This document shows, piece by piece, positions 19,425 to 29,140 of a stretch of 64,000 nucleotides of DNA. The DNA is from Lentimicrobiaceae bacterium (GTDB lineage: Bacteria; Bacteroidota; Bacteroidia; Bacteroidales; UBA4417): assembly GCA_041660125.1 (NCBI GenBank), contig JBAZWY010000003.1, positions 164,030 through 228,029 on the forward strand. Reading direction: 5' to 3'. The position numbers were made by a program, and so were the translations under genes. The notes under the pieces are model-generated. The model searched no databases. It had not been told where the DNA came from and saw nothing but the letters and a program-made list of their open reading frames with translations. Each line of letters starts with the position of its first letter. The stretch's first letter is position 1.

Positions 19425-21782
19425 ATGATCAGAAATTATTTAAAAACGACCTTCCGTAACCTCTGGAAAAACAAGGGGTACAGTTTCCTGAATATAGGCG
19501 GACTTGCCGTAGGCATTGCCTGCGCCGGGTTGATATTATTATGGGTAGAGGACGAACTCACCTTTAATCATTATTTCAGTAACCGCGACAACCTTTATAA
19601 AGTTAAGGATCAGCAAACCTACGATGGCCAGACTTTTACTTTCGATGCCACTCCCGGCCCTATGGCCAAGGGCATAAAAGCTGAAATCCCGGGTATTAAA
19701 AATACGGCACGTTCAACCTGGGGCGATAACCTGCTTTTTGCGCTCAACAATAAAACTATTTATGAGCAAGGTTTGCATGTGGATGCACCGTTTCTGACCA
19801 TGTTCCAGCTTCAGTTTATAAAGGGCAATGCTAACAATGCTTTTACGCAATTGCATTCGTTGGTGATATCCGAAACCATGGCCAATAAATTTTTTGGAAC
19901 TACCGATGTGCTGGGCAAAACCCTGAAAGTAGACAATAAGCAGAATTACATTATTACGGGTGTATTTGAGGATATTCCCGAGAATGTTTCGTTTAAATTT
20001 CACTGGCTGGCACCTTTTAAAATTTATGAAGATCAAAACACCTGGCTTCAGGCATGGGGCAATAATGGCGTTATAACTTATGTGGAAACGCAGCCTGGTG
20101 CCGATATCGGTGCAATAAATGCAAAGCTGTACAATTATATACAGGGCAAACAACAGGAGGCAAGTGCTAAAATGTCCATTTACCCGATGAGCCGGTGGCG
20201 GATGTACGACAGTTTCGAGAATGGCAAAGAAGTACCGGGCCGGATCAAATATGTGAACCTGTTTAGCCTGATTGCATGGATCATCCTGATTATTGCCTGC
20301 ATTAATTTTATGAATCTGTCAACGGCGCGATCCGAACAGCGGGCCCGCGAAGTAGGTGTACGTAAAGTGTTGGGTGCAGGCAAAGGAAACCTGGTGAGGC
20401 AATTTATCGGCGAATCCATATTCCTGTCACTGATTTCTGCAGTTTTTGCTGTTGTAATCATTTACCTTGCGTTGCCTGCTTTTAATGGAATTGTCGAAAA
20501 GCAGCTGTCTGTTAATATAGTATATCCGGTTCATCTCATTGCATTATTTTTAATTGCTTTGTTCTGTGGGTTAATTGCAGGAAGCTACCCTGCATTTTTT
20601 CTTTCATCATTTAAACCCGTAAATATTCTGAAAGGGATAAAACTTAAAAACAGCGCCAGTGCCGGCTATATCCGCAAAGGCCTGGTGGTATTGCAGTTTT
20701 CCATATCTGTGATACTGATTATTGGTACCATAATTATCTACCAGCAAATTCTTCACGTAAAGGACCGCGACCTGGGATACAATAAAAAGGATTTGATTTA
20801 CACCGCCTTGCAGGGCAAAATGAAGCAGCATTTTAATGCAATTAAAAATGATTTGCAGGCCACCGGGTTTGTTCAGAATGCAAGCCTGAGTCAAAACCGG
20901 GTTTTGCAACTGGGCAGCAATACGGGTGATTTTGAATGGGAGGGGAAAGATCCGAACAAGCAGGTTCTGATTACCATTGAACCGGTAAGCCCTGAATATA
21001 TTTCGACCATGGGAATAAAACTGAAAGCCGGCAGGGATTTTTACAGCGACATGAAAGCGGACAGCAATAATGTGATCATCAATGATGCCCTGGCAAAAAT
21101 TATGAACCAGAAGCATATAATAGGAAGTTACCTTATGAATAATGGAGCTAAGTACACTGTTGTTGGCGTTATCAATGATTTTGTGTACAACGATATGTAT
21201 TCGCCGGCAGCGCCCCTCATTATGTTTGCGGATACTATAAATGCTTTTTGCCTCACCATGCGATTAAAGCCTAATAGCAATCTTTCAACAGCCTTACCGG
21301 CCATCGAAAGAGTGATAAAAGCCAGTAACCCGGATTATCCGTTCGAGTACAAATTTGTGGATGATGATTTTAACAACTTATTTAAAACCGAAACCCTGAT
21401 CGGGAAATTAGCAGGCATTTTCTCCATATTGGCAATTTTTATTTCGTGCCTGGGATTATTTGGTTTAGCTGCCTATACTGCTGAACGTAGAACCAAAGAG
21501 ATCGGGGTAAGGAAAGTATTAGGTGCCAGTACACAAGGTCTGGCAGCATTGCTTTCAAAAGATTTCCTGCTGCTGGTAGCTGTCTCATGCCTTATTGCTT
21601 TCCCGCTTGCCTGGTGGGCGATGAATAACTGGCTTCAGAGTTTCACTTACAGGGTTGATATCCATTGGACTGTTTTTGTTTTGTCAGGTTTGCTGGCCTT
21701 GATGATCGCTGTGTTAACAGTCAGTTTCCAGGCAATAAAAGCTGCCATTGCCAATCCTGTAAAGAGTTTACGAACTGAATAA
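19425..21782 (+). CDS. FtsX-like ABC permease (paralogue 2 of 3)
   Basis: 785 aa. N-terminus MIRNYLKTTFRNLWKNK and C-terminus ANPVKSLRTE. Confidence 0.9.
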   Translation: MIRNYLKTTFRNLWKNKGYSFLNIGGLAVGIACAGLILLWVEDELTFNHYFSNRDNLYKVKDQQTYDGQTFTFDATPGPMAKGIKAEIPGIKNTARSTWGDNLLFALNNKTIYEQGLHVDAPFLTMFQLQFIKGNANNAFTQLHSLVISETMANKFFGTTDVLGKTLKVDNKQNYIITGVFEDIPENVSFKFHWLAPFKIYEDQNTWLQAWGNNGVITYVETQPGADIGAINAKLYNYIQGKQQEASAKMSIYPMSRWRMYDSFENGKEVPGRIKYVNLFSLIAWIILIIACINFMNLSTARSEQRAREVGVRKVLGAGKGNLVRQFIGESIFLSLISAVFAVVIIYLALPAFNGIVEKQLSVNIVYPVHLIALFLIALFCGLIAGSYPAFFLSSFKPVNILKGIKLKNSASAGYIRKGLVVLQFSISVILIIGTIIIYQQILHVKDRDLGYNKKDLIYTALQGKMKQHFNAIKNDLQATGFVQNASLSQNRVLQLGSNTGDFEWEGKDPNKQVLITIEPVSPEYISTMGIKLKAGRDFYSDMKADSNNVIINDALAKIMNQKHIIGSYLMNNGAKYTVVGVINDFVYNDMYSPAAPLIMFADTINAFCLTMRLKPNSNLSTALPAIERVIKASNPDYPFEYKFVDDDFNNLFKTETLIGKLAGIFSILAIFISCLGLFGLAAYTAERRTKEIGVRKVLGASTQGLAALLSKDFLLLVAVSCLIAFPLAWWAMNNWLQSFTYRVDIHWTVFVLSGLLALMIAVLTVSFQAIKAAIANPVKSLRTE

Positions 21783-21791
21783 AATTGAGTC

Positions 21792-24182
21792 ATGATCCGA
21801 AATTATTTCAAAATAGCGTGGAGAAATTTGTTAAGAAATAAAGTATTTTCTGTTATTAATATTGTAGGCCTTACAACAGGATTAGTTTGTTGTTTGTTGC
21901 TGGTACTGTACATACAGCACGAACTTAGTTTCGATAATTTTCATCCAAACAAAGACCGCATTGTTCGTGTAATTATGGAATATAGTTTCAACGGAAACAA
22001 ACCTGTAAAAGGCAACTGGACAAGCACTAAAGTGTTACCTGCTTTTGAACGTCAATTTCCTGAAGTGGAAAGCGGTGTTAGGATGAATACTTTTTGGACA
22101 AGCAATGTTGTAAAATATGGCGACAAGTTATTTATTGAGAGTAATTTTTTATTTGCCGATTCTAATTTTTTTAATGTATTCGGATACAAATTAATAAGCG
22201 GTAATCCTTCGCAAGTTTTAAAACTGACTAATAATGTTGTGATCACAGAAACTTCTGCAAAAAAATATTTCGGCGAAGACAATCCTGTTGGAAAAACCTT
22301 ATTAATAGGCACAAGGCAGATGCCTTTTTTAGTCACAGGCGTAGCAAAAGATTGTCCCGATAATTCTCAGCTAAAATTTGATTTTATTGCGTCTTTTTCT
22401 TCCTTAGGAGAAAATCAGGAGCAAACATATTTTAACGCAAATTATACCACCTATCTTCTTCTTAAAGACAAAAATTCAATTGCTTCTCTTCAAAAAAAGA
22501 TTGAACCTTTTATGAAGAAAGAAATGAAAAATGAAAAAGGCACATACATTAATTATTATTTAGAACCACTTACTCAGGTGCATTTATATTCGCCTTATGA
22601 TGCAATGGTTCCTAATACTAACATTGTTTACATCTACATTATCTCCGGTGTTGCTTTATTGATTTTATTAATTGCCTGCTTTACTTACATTAATTTAAGC
22701 ACTGTAAAATCAATTGGACGTGCTAAGGAAGTAGGAATCCGTAAGGTGGCAGGCGCAAATAAAAAGCAGATTTTTTGGCAGTTTATTATTGAGTCGTTGG
22801 TAATAACATTGACTTCTGTTATTATAAGTATTGCCATTACTATTTTTATTTTGCCATTGTTTAATTCATTCACACAAAAAAACTTAACGGTTTTTAATTT
22901 GCTAAACCCTTCCATTATTGCATCAGTATTAATTTTGCTATTTACAATTGCTGTGCTGGCAGGAAGTTATCCGGCAATGATTGTAGCAGCTTTTAAGCCG
23001 GTTAAAGTATTGAAGGGTGCATTTAAAAATACGGCGCCCGGTAATTGGTTGCGAAAATCTTTAATTGTCTTTCAATTTTCCATTTCTGTTTTTTTGATTA
23101 TTGCTGCTATTATTATTGCGCGACAACTATCATTTATTCAAAACAAAAAATTAGGATACGATAAAGAGCATGTGCTGGTAACGCATCTTACTCAGACACT
23201 GGTTGATAAGATTGATTTGGTAAAATCGGAATTTAAATCAAATCCCGATATTATTTCTGTTTCCAAAACGGCATGGGAGCCTGTTTCAATTATAAGTGGT
23301 GGTCATATAAGAAGAGCTGATTTGCCCCCATCGAATAATATGAATGTAAGTTTTAGTCCTGTTGATGAAGATTATGTAAAAACCTGCGGATTGCAACTAA
23401 TTGCAGGAAATGAATTGAGCCGGCAAGATATTTTAGATGGGTCAAAAGATTCAAACAATTATAATCATATAATTATAAACGAAGCAGCATGTAAAGCTTT
23501 AGGGTGGAAATCACCACAGGAAGCGATTAATAAAAAAATATTTTTTGGAGATGGCCCGGGTGAAATAAAAGGTGTGGTAAAAGACTTTCATTTTGCATCA
23601 TTACATAGCTTAATTGAACCATTGGTGCTCTCGTCAGCAAATTGGGGAAACACGCTTTTAATAAAAACATCCGGCAAGAATTTACCGCAAACTATTGATT
23701 TTATTGGAAAGAAATATAAAGCCATTGAACCTAATCTTCCTTTTGATTTTCATTTTATGGATGAAGATTTTCAAAAATTATACACGAGCGAAATGCGTAC
23801 AGGCAAGGTGTTTAACTTGTTTACGTTTATTGCTGTTTTGTTGGCATGTTTAGGTTTATTTGGTTTAGCTGCTTACGATATTCGCCAACGTACTAAAGAA
23901 ATTGGTGTTAGAAAAGTATTGGGAGCATCGGTTTCGCAAATTACAATATTATTATCGGGTGGTTTTTTAAAGTTAGTGCTGGCGGGTATTGTAATTGCAA
24001 GTCCGATAGCATGGTGGTTAAGTAACAAATGGCTGCTAAATTTTGCATACCGAATTAATATTAGTTGGTGGATGTTTTTACTTGCAGGATTACTTGCTTT
24101 ATTAATTGCACTGATTACAATAAGTTATCAGTCAATAAAAGCATCCATTGCAAACCCGGTAAAAAGTTTAAGAACCGAATAA
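21792..24182 (+). CDS. FtsX-like ABC permease (paralogue 3 of 3)
   Basis: 796 aa. N-terminus MIRNYFKIAWRNLLRNK and C-terminus ANPVKSLRTE. Confidence 0.9.
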   Translation: MIRNYFKIAWRNLLRNKVFSVINIVGLTTGLVCCLLLVLYIQHELSFDNFHPNKDRIVRVIMEYSFNGNKPVKGNWTSTKVLPAFERQFPEVESGVRMNTFWTSNVVKYGDKLFIESNFLFADSNFFNVFGYKLISGNPSQVLKLTNNVVITETSAKKYFGEDNPVGKTLLIGTRQMPFLVTGVAKDCPDNSQLKFDFIASFSSLGENQEQTYFNANYTTYLLLKDKNSIASLQKKIEPFMKKEMKNEKGTYINYYLEPLTQVHLYSPYDAMVPNTNIVYIYIISGVALLILLIACFTYINLSTVKSIGRAKEVGIRKVAGANKKQIFWQFIIESLVITLTSVIISIAITIFILPLFNSFTQKNLTVFNLLNPSIIASVLILLFTIAVLAGSYPAMIVAAFKPVKVLKGAFKNTAPGNWLRKSLIVFQFSISVFLIIAAIIIARQLSFIQNKKLGYDKEHVLVTHLTQTLVDKIDLVKSEFKSNPDIISVSKTAWEPVSIISGGHIRRADLPPSNNMNVSFSPVDEDYVKTCGLQLIAGNELSRQDILDGSKDSNNYNHIIINEAACKALGWKSPQEAINKKIFFGDGPGEIKGVVKDFHFASLHSLIEPLVLSSANWGNTLLIKTSGKNLPQTIDFIGKKYKAIEPNLPFDFHFMDEDFQKLYTSEMRTGKVFNLFTFIAVLLACLGLFGLAAYDIRQRTKEIGVRKVLGASVSQITILLSGGFLKLVLAGIVIASPIAWWLSNKWLLNFAYRINISWWMFLLAGLLALLIALITISYQSIKASIANPVKSLRTE

Positions 24183-24192
24183 AAAAACTATT

Positions 24193-24858
24193 ATGATAGA
24201 AATAAAACACATAACCAAATGGGTAACTTCCGGCGGAAACCGTGTTTTCCTGTTACGCGATATAAACCTCGCTGTTAAGGAAGGTGAGTTTATCAGCATT
24301 ATGGGACCATCCGGTTCGGGTAAATCAACCTTGCTGAATGTAATCGGAATGCTGGACGAATTTAATGAAGGCGAATACAATTTCCGCAATCAGCCGGTTC
24401 ACCATCTAAAGGAAAAACACCGGTCGCAATTGTATAAAAGCCATATCGGTTTTGTATTCCAGGCCTATCACCTTATCGATGAGTTAACGGTTTATGAAAA
24501 TATTGAAACGCCTTTGCTTTATCAAAACATAAAATCGTCAGAACGGCAATCCATTGTTGCTGATATCCTGGATCGTTTCAATATAGTCGGCAAGAAAGAT
24601 CTTTTCCCAACCCAATTATCCGGCGGACAGCAGCAACTGGTTGGCGTAGCACGTGCCATTGTTGCAAAGCCCAAACTGATACTGGCCGACGAACCAACCG
24701 GCAATCTTAACAGCAAACAAGGTGAAGAAATTATGGAATTGTTTAAACAGCTAAACAAAGAAGATGGCGTGACCATTATACAGGCCACCCATTCCGAAAG
24801 AAATGCCTCGTATGGCTCCAAAATTATCAATTTGCTGGATGGAAGAATTGAAAAATAA
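24193..24858 (+). CDS. MacB/LolD-type ABC transporter ATP-binding protein (second copy)
   Basis: 221 aa. Walker A GPSGSGKST, signature LSGGQQQLVGVARA, Walker [13 protein letters not shown]. Confidence 0.92.
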   Translation: MIEIKHITKWVTSGGNRVFLLRDINLAVKEGEFISIMGPSGSGKSTLLNVIGMLDEFNEGEYNFRNQPVHHLKEKHRSQLYKSHIGFVFQAYHLIDELTVYENIETPLLYQNIKSSERQSIVADILDRFNIVGKKDLFPTQLSGGQQQLVGVARAIVAKPKLILADEPTGNLNSKQGEEIMELFKQLNKEDGVTIIQATHSERNASYGSKIINLLDGRIEK

Positions 24859-24921
24859 ATAGTATAAGTACCGGGAATAATTAAAAACTGTTCTCTTATT
24901 TAATCTACCCGCTTAGATAAT

Positions 24922-24949
24922 CCCTGTCAGGCTGAGCGGAGTCGAAGCC
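24922..24949. repeat. REP-like intergenic element CCCTGTCAGGCTGAGCGGAGTCGAAGCC (copy 1 of 3)
   Basis: It is near-identical to 36864-36891 and related to 26561-26586. Short inverted sequences flank it. Confidence 0.8.
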
Positions 24950-25063
24950 AGAGAGGATTTGACAGGCGGAGGGGTGCTTTTTTAAAAACAGTAACCAATT
25001 TAATAATGATTCACGATACTCATCATAAATCGCATACTCTTATTTAGAATAATCTATTTTACC

Positions 25064-26506
25064 ATGAACAAATTAACAGGAATACTCTTGGCGCTGATCT
25101 GCATTGCAGCTACAAAAAGAACAAATGGCCAGGATTCTCTATCCGCCGGCAATATTTATACATTACAACAATGCGTTGAAATCGCTTTTAAAAACAATGC
25201 AGATGTTAAACAGGCAGAGCTTCTGGCAGAATCGGCACATATAAATTACAACCAGTCCAAAGCCAATATGCTGCCGGACCTCAATGCCGGTATTTCGCAT
25301 ACTTCGTATAACGGGCGAAGCATTAATCCATATACCAATTCGTATATTAATGAACAAAATAACGCCGCCTCTTACCAGCTAACAACGAATATTGTTTTGT
25401 GGAATGGTTGCAGTCTTCATAATTATATGAAACAAAACGAACTCAATTATGAAGCGGGTAAAATGGACGCACAGAATGCAAAAGATAAAATAACAGTCGA
25501 TATAATCTTAAACTATCTTTTTGTCTTAAGCACGCAGGAACAACTGAATATTGCTCAAAAGCAGGTGGAAGCTACACGAATAAAAGTGGACCTTCTGATC
25601 GCAAAAAATAATGAAGGTGCAATTTCGCCTTCTGATCTGTACGATATGAAAGGCCAGCTTGCCAATGATGAATTATCAGTAGTAAGTACAAAAAACAGTC
25701 TTGAAAATTATAAACTGACCCTGGTGCATCTGATGAACATTCCTTACTCTGAAAACATGCAGCTTGTTGCTTTTAGCGATAGTACGCAGGTTCAACCATA
25801 CACCTCATCCATAAGCCAGGTATATGAAAATGCCCTGGAACACCTGGCGTTGGTGAAATCGGCTGACCTGAAGGTTGCCGGTGCAGCCAAAAATATTAAG
25901 GCAATAAGGGGACAGATGTTGCCTACATTATTTCTTTCAGGTGGTTTGTATTCCAACTATTCAGGAACGGCCAATACGCAGCAGCTTGTCAGTACCACCG
26001 ATGTTCAAACCCCGGGTTACGTGTTGCTGAACAATGAAAAAAATCCGGTTTACAGTCCGCAATCGACGTATAATTCGCTGCCGATTACATATGCAACCCA
26101 GTTGAGCAACAACTTCAATTCCGCGGTTAGCTTGGGCTTGCAGATCCCGTTGCTGAACGGTTTGCAGGTCCGAAATAAGTTAAAGCAGGCAAAGGTATCA
26201 GAGCAGCAACTCAGTGTGCAGGCACAAAATACCAGGAACCTGTTGCGGCAGGCTATTGAGCAGGATTATGTAAATATGAATTCCGATTATGCTTCTTATC
26301 AGATACTGCTCCGGCAGGTAAGTGATTTCGAACAATCGTTTCGTGCTGCCGAAATCCGTTTTGAACAGGGTGCCATTTCCACCGTTGATTTTGTAATCGC
26401 AAAGAATAATCTCGACAGGGTACAGTTAAAACTGGTATCATTAAAATACAATTACCTTCTCCGCTCCAAGCTGCTGGATTTTTACCAGGATAAGGCGTTG
26501 TGGTAG
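25064..26506 (+). CDS. TolC-family outer-membrane efflux protein
   Basis: 480 aa with a signal peptide. It shows the two-fold repeat pattern of coiled helices and beta strands typical of the OEP family (LQQCVEIAFKNNADVKQAEL...). Confidence 0.88.
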   Translation: MNKLTGILLALICIAATKRTNGQDSLSAGNIYTLQQCVEIAFKNNADVKQAELLAESAHINYNQSKANMLPDLNAGISHTSYNGRSINPYTNSYINEQNNAASYQLTTNIVLWNGCSLHNYMKQNELNYEAGKMDAQNAKDKITVDIILNYLFVLSTQEQLNIAQKQVEATRIKVDLLIAKNNEGAISPSDLYDMKGQLANDELSVVSTKNSLENYKLTLVHLMNIPYSENMQLVAFSDSTQVQPYTSSISQVYENALEHLALVKSADLKVAGAAKNIKAIRGQMLPTLFLSGGLYSNYSGTANTQQLVSTTDVQTPGYVLLNNEKNPVYSPQSTYNSLPITYATQLSNNFNSAVSLGLQIPLLNGLQVRNKLKQAKVSEQQLSVQAQNTRNLLRQAIEQDYVNMNSDYASYQILLRQVSDFEQSFRAAEIRFEQGAISTVDFVIAKNNLDRVQLKLVSLKYNYLLRSKLLDFYQDKALW

Positions 26507-26560
26507 AGGAAAGGGAGAAGTTCAAATTTGACTGATTTAGTAAGAAAATAGCTCAAACTT

Positions 26561-26586
26561 CTGTCAAGCTGTGCGTTGTCGAAGCC
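26561..26586. repeat. REP-like element, diverged copy (CTGTCAAGCTGTGCGTTGTCGAAGCC)
   Basis: It shares the CTGTCA.GCTG.GCG..GTCGAAGCC skeleton with 24922 and 36864. Confidence 0.6.
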
Positions 26587-26738
26587 CGCTAAAATAAACT
26601 GATTATGTTCGTTTGAGAGTTGTGCAAGTGCATTTAGGGATGAATCCGTCCTACATACAGACTATAGTAAAGTAGAAATGAAACACATGAACCACTAAGA
26701 TCCATACGGACGATACAAATTGTAACCTGAAACTAAGG

Positions 26739-27455
26739 TTATTTAATGTTCTGTATAAAATTCTTCCTGTACATTTCGCTTAGCGTTAATACCAAAAACT
26801 TTTCGTTTTCGCCTGTGATACGGGTGGTGATTTCGCTATGCGAGAAAGAATGAACCGATTTCAAAGCCAGAATTTCTTTTTTGTTGACCTGGCAGAATTG
26901 ACCGGGAGGTAATATTCTCAACAATTTATCGAATGAAATATTCTTTAGCCGCAACGACGAATTATCCAACATCCGGGCTACTTTGTCGCGGCTGTCAGTT
27001 TCGGAAGTTTTAATGTAAACCAACTGATCAAAGTAAACCAGAGTCCTGCCTTTATCCGTATTAAGCTGAATATATTTAGGTGAAGAATATATGCTTTCGA
27101 TTCGGTTAACAGCCTTATTTACTGCCAGTTGAAGTCGTTCAAGCTGCACGGGCTTTTGCAGATAATCAACTGCATCGAGTTCAAAAGCATCCAGTGCGTA
27201 TTCTTTGTATGCGGTAATAAAAATTATTGGTTTCCCTTTAAGCAGGCTGGCCACTTTGATTCCGTTCAGACCGGGCATTTCAATATCCAGGATGCATAAA
27301 TCGCATTCAATCCCCGGAAAATCCTTCAGAAATGTATTGGGATCATTAAATGCCCGCACTATTTCCAGTTCAGGAATTTGTTCGCAGAGTAACTTCAGAT
27401 ACGTTAAACCTTGCAATTCATCATCCAATAGCAAGCATTTTAGCTTTGTGTTCAA
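26739..27455 (-). CDS. LytTR-family response regulator
   Basis: 238 aa. The receiver domain has CLLLDDE and ILDIEMPGLNG (phospho-acceptor Asp context). The C-terminal LytTR DNA-binding domain reads IYIKTSETDSRDKV... Confidence 0.9.
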   Translation of the reverse strand: MNTKLKCLLLDDELQGLTYLKLLCEQIPELEIVRAFNDPNTFLKDFPGIECDLCILDIEMPGLNGIKVASLLKGKPIIFITAYKEYALDAFELDAVDYLQKPVQLERLQLAVNKAVNRIESIYSSPKYIQLNTDKGRTLVYFDQLVYIKTSETDSRDKVARMLDNSSLRLKNISFDKLLRILPPGQFCQVNKKEILALKSVHSFSHSEITTRITGENEKFLVLTLSEMYRKNFIQNIK

Positions 27456-28191
27456 GCAGGTTTATTTTTAGATGAGCAATATATACATTGTCCTCCACGA
27501 ACTTGTCCAGGGTGTAGTTTTCCTTATAAATGATCTTTAAGCGTTGTTCCATTATTTCATCGCCAATGCCACTTTTCTCCTTTTTCATGGGTTCTTTAGC
27601 TGAAATTTTATTGGCTACGGTTAATGAAAAAATACTGTCGTTGAACGAAACTGTAACGGAAATAAACGAATCAGGACTCTGAAGGTCAGCATGTTTAAAT
27701 GCGTTTTCAACCAATTCAACCGAAATCAGCGGAACGAGATACCGCTGCAGATACATAGGTTCATTTTCATGAATCTTTAGTTTCACCTTTAACTCGAAAA
27801 GCGGGCTAAGCTTAATTTTGTTGATCTCAATCAGGCTTACGATAAAATCGACCTCCTCTTTGGGAGTAACATATTGTTTGTGGCTGTCGTATAAAATATA
27901 ATCGAGAACGTTTGCCAACTTGTCGATAGCATAATACGACTGGTACACGTGCGATTGAATGGAGTTAAGTATGTTTTTAAGTAAATGCGGATTAATCCTT
28001 GACTCGATAGTTTCAAGCTTAATATTATCCAGCTGATATTCAATTTCCTCAAATTTCTTTTTTGCTTCCAGAGTTTTCTTTTGTTCCTGATGAAGCCGTA
28101 TCAGTAAATAGACAACCCATGATCCAAGTACAACCGCGATACCAATTGTCCAGATCATATTTTCGGTTAAGAATATGGAATTGTTATTCAT
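27421..28191 (-). CDS. LytS/YehU-type sensor histidine kinase with a single N-terminal TM and no obvious sensor domain
   Basis: 256 aa. His box INPHLLKNILNSIQ (PF06580-type), N box LVENAFKH, G box SGIGDEIMEQRL. It overlaps the regulator gene by 35 nt. Confidence 0.85.
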   Translation of the reverse strand: MNNNSIFLTENMIWTIGIAVVLGSWVVYLLIRLHQEQKKTLEAKKKFEEIEYQLDNIKLETIESRINPHLLKNILNSIQSHVYQSYYAIDKLANVLDYILYDSHKQYVTPKEEVDFIVSLIEINKIKLSPLFELKVKLKIHENEPMYLQRYLVPLISVELVENAFKHADLQSPDSFISVTVSFNDSIFSLTVANKISAKEPMKKEKSGIGDEIMEQRLKIIYKENYTLDKFVEDNVYIAHLKINLLEHKAKMLAIG

Positions 28192-28553
28192 TTCTGAACA
28201 AAAGTAATGCTTATATGATATTCCTGCAATAACATCTGATAAAATTGTTAAAATGCAAATAGCTGTTTAGGAATAAATTACATAATATTGGCAAAGCGAA
28301 AATTTTGTGTTTAGCGCTTATTTTGGTGCATGAGGTCAAATGCTGTTAGTGATGCTTGGATATGCTGGGTGTATTTGCTTTTTAAGCAAACACCATGACA
28401 GCAAAAAAGGACATGAAACCAGCCGGCATAGCCTGCATGTGTTGGAGCGAAAGCTTAAGGCACAGCAAATTCCCGTAAATATGGTCTATAACATAGAATT
28501 TGAAATTACCATCGGCTAACATTCAAGTTTTGAAATGCACAGGCATTAAAACC

Positions 28554-28618
28554 TGTGAATTATGTAACTTGAATATAAAGTTATGTAACACTTTCAGCCA
28601 TTCAGGATATTACCTTTG
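28554..28618 (+). promoter_or_regulatory. Island promoter module P1 (distal and proximal TGTAAC repeats plus -7 box)
   Basis: Sequence is TGTGAATTATGTAAC-N12-TTATGTAACAC-N19-TACCTTTG. The start codon at 28642 lies 24 nt after the box. Confidence 0.8.
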
Positions 28619-28641
28619 ATCCCAACCTTAAAACCATCCTT

Positions 28642-28827
28642 ATGTCACTTCTTACCATTTTACTCGTGATAATTGTTGCAGGTTTTGTACTGTGGCTTGT
28701 CAATAATATGATCCCTATGGATCGTAAAATCAAGAAAATACTGAATATTGTTGTAGTGGTAGTCGTTTGCATATGGCTTCTGAAGGTATTTGGCTTACTC
28801 AGTACACTGACCAATATTCATGTGTAA
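28642..28827 (+). CDS. Thivi_2564-family small membrane protein
   Basis: 61 aa with two TM segments. MSLLTILLVIIVAGFVLWLVNNMIPMDRKIKKILNIVVVVVVCIWLL matches this family's pattern. Confidence 0.7.
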   Translation: MSLLTILLVIIVAGFVLWLVNNMIPMDRKIKKILNIVVVVVVCIWLLKVFGLLSTLTNIHV

Positions 28828-28945
28828 AATTGATTTCCGCTTCAATAAAAGCTTGTTGAATTAACCGGCAACAGATTACATCAGAGGAAAGATCGTTTGA
28901 AAAACAGCGGTTGAATTGATACATCTATATTTAAAATAAAAAATC

Positions 28946-29140
28946 ATGAATCTAAAAAGAATCTTTGGCGCATTGCTCACATTACTTGGTATAGGTGGAC
29001 TGATCTATGCTGCAATAATAGCTGTAAATACATCAGGTGGAACACATAATATTAAGGCACTTGTCATATATGGCATTCTTGGCCTTATTTTCTTTGTTGC
29101 GGGTATCAGCCTGGTTCGCACCACGAAAGATGAATCGTAA
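28946..29140 (+). CDS. Small two-TM membrane protein of unknown function
   Basis: 64 aa (LLTLLGIGGLIYAAII ... GILGLIFFVAGISLV). It lies downstream of P1 in the same orientation. Confidence 0.6.
   Translation: MNLKRIFGALLTLLGIGGLIYAAIIAVNTSGGTHNIKALVIYGILGLIFFVAGISLVRTTKDES

Noticed and set aside
28277-28285. A single proximal-type repeat, TTATGTAAT, lies upstream of the kinase gene and could be an autoregulation site.
   Set aside because: There is no distal partner 21 bp upstream (that position reads ATTTTC), and the -7-like box is only weak (CATTTTAA). One 9-mer in AT-rich DNA may occur by chance. I mention it under the LytTR finding but do not call it a feature.
28395-28478. A 27-codon ORF (MTAKKDMKPAGIACMCWSESLRHSKFP) lies between the kinase gene and P1. 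I considered it as a possible signalling-peptide precursor for the LytTR system.
   Set aside because: It is too short to assess. It has no leader or processing motif that I can recognise, no supporting promoter, and no export or modification gene nearby. It remains pure speculation.
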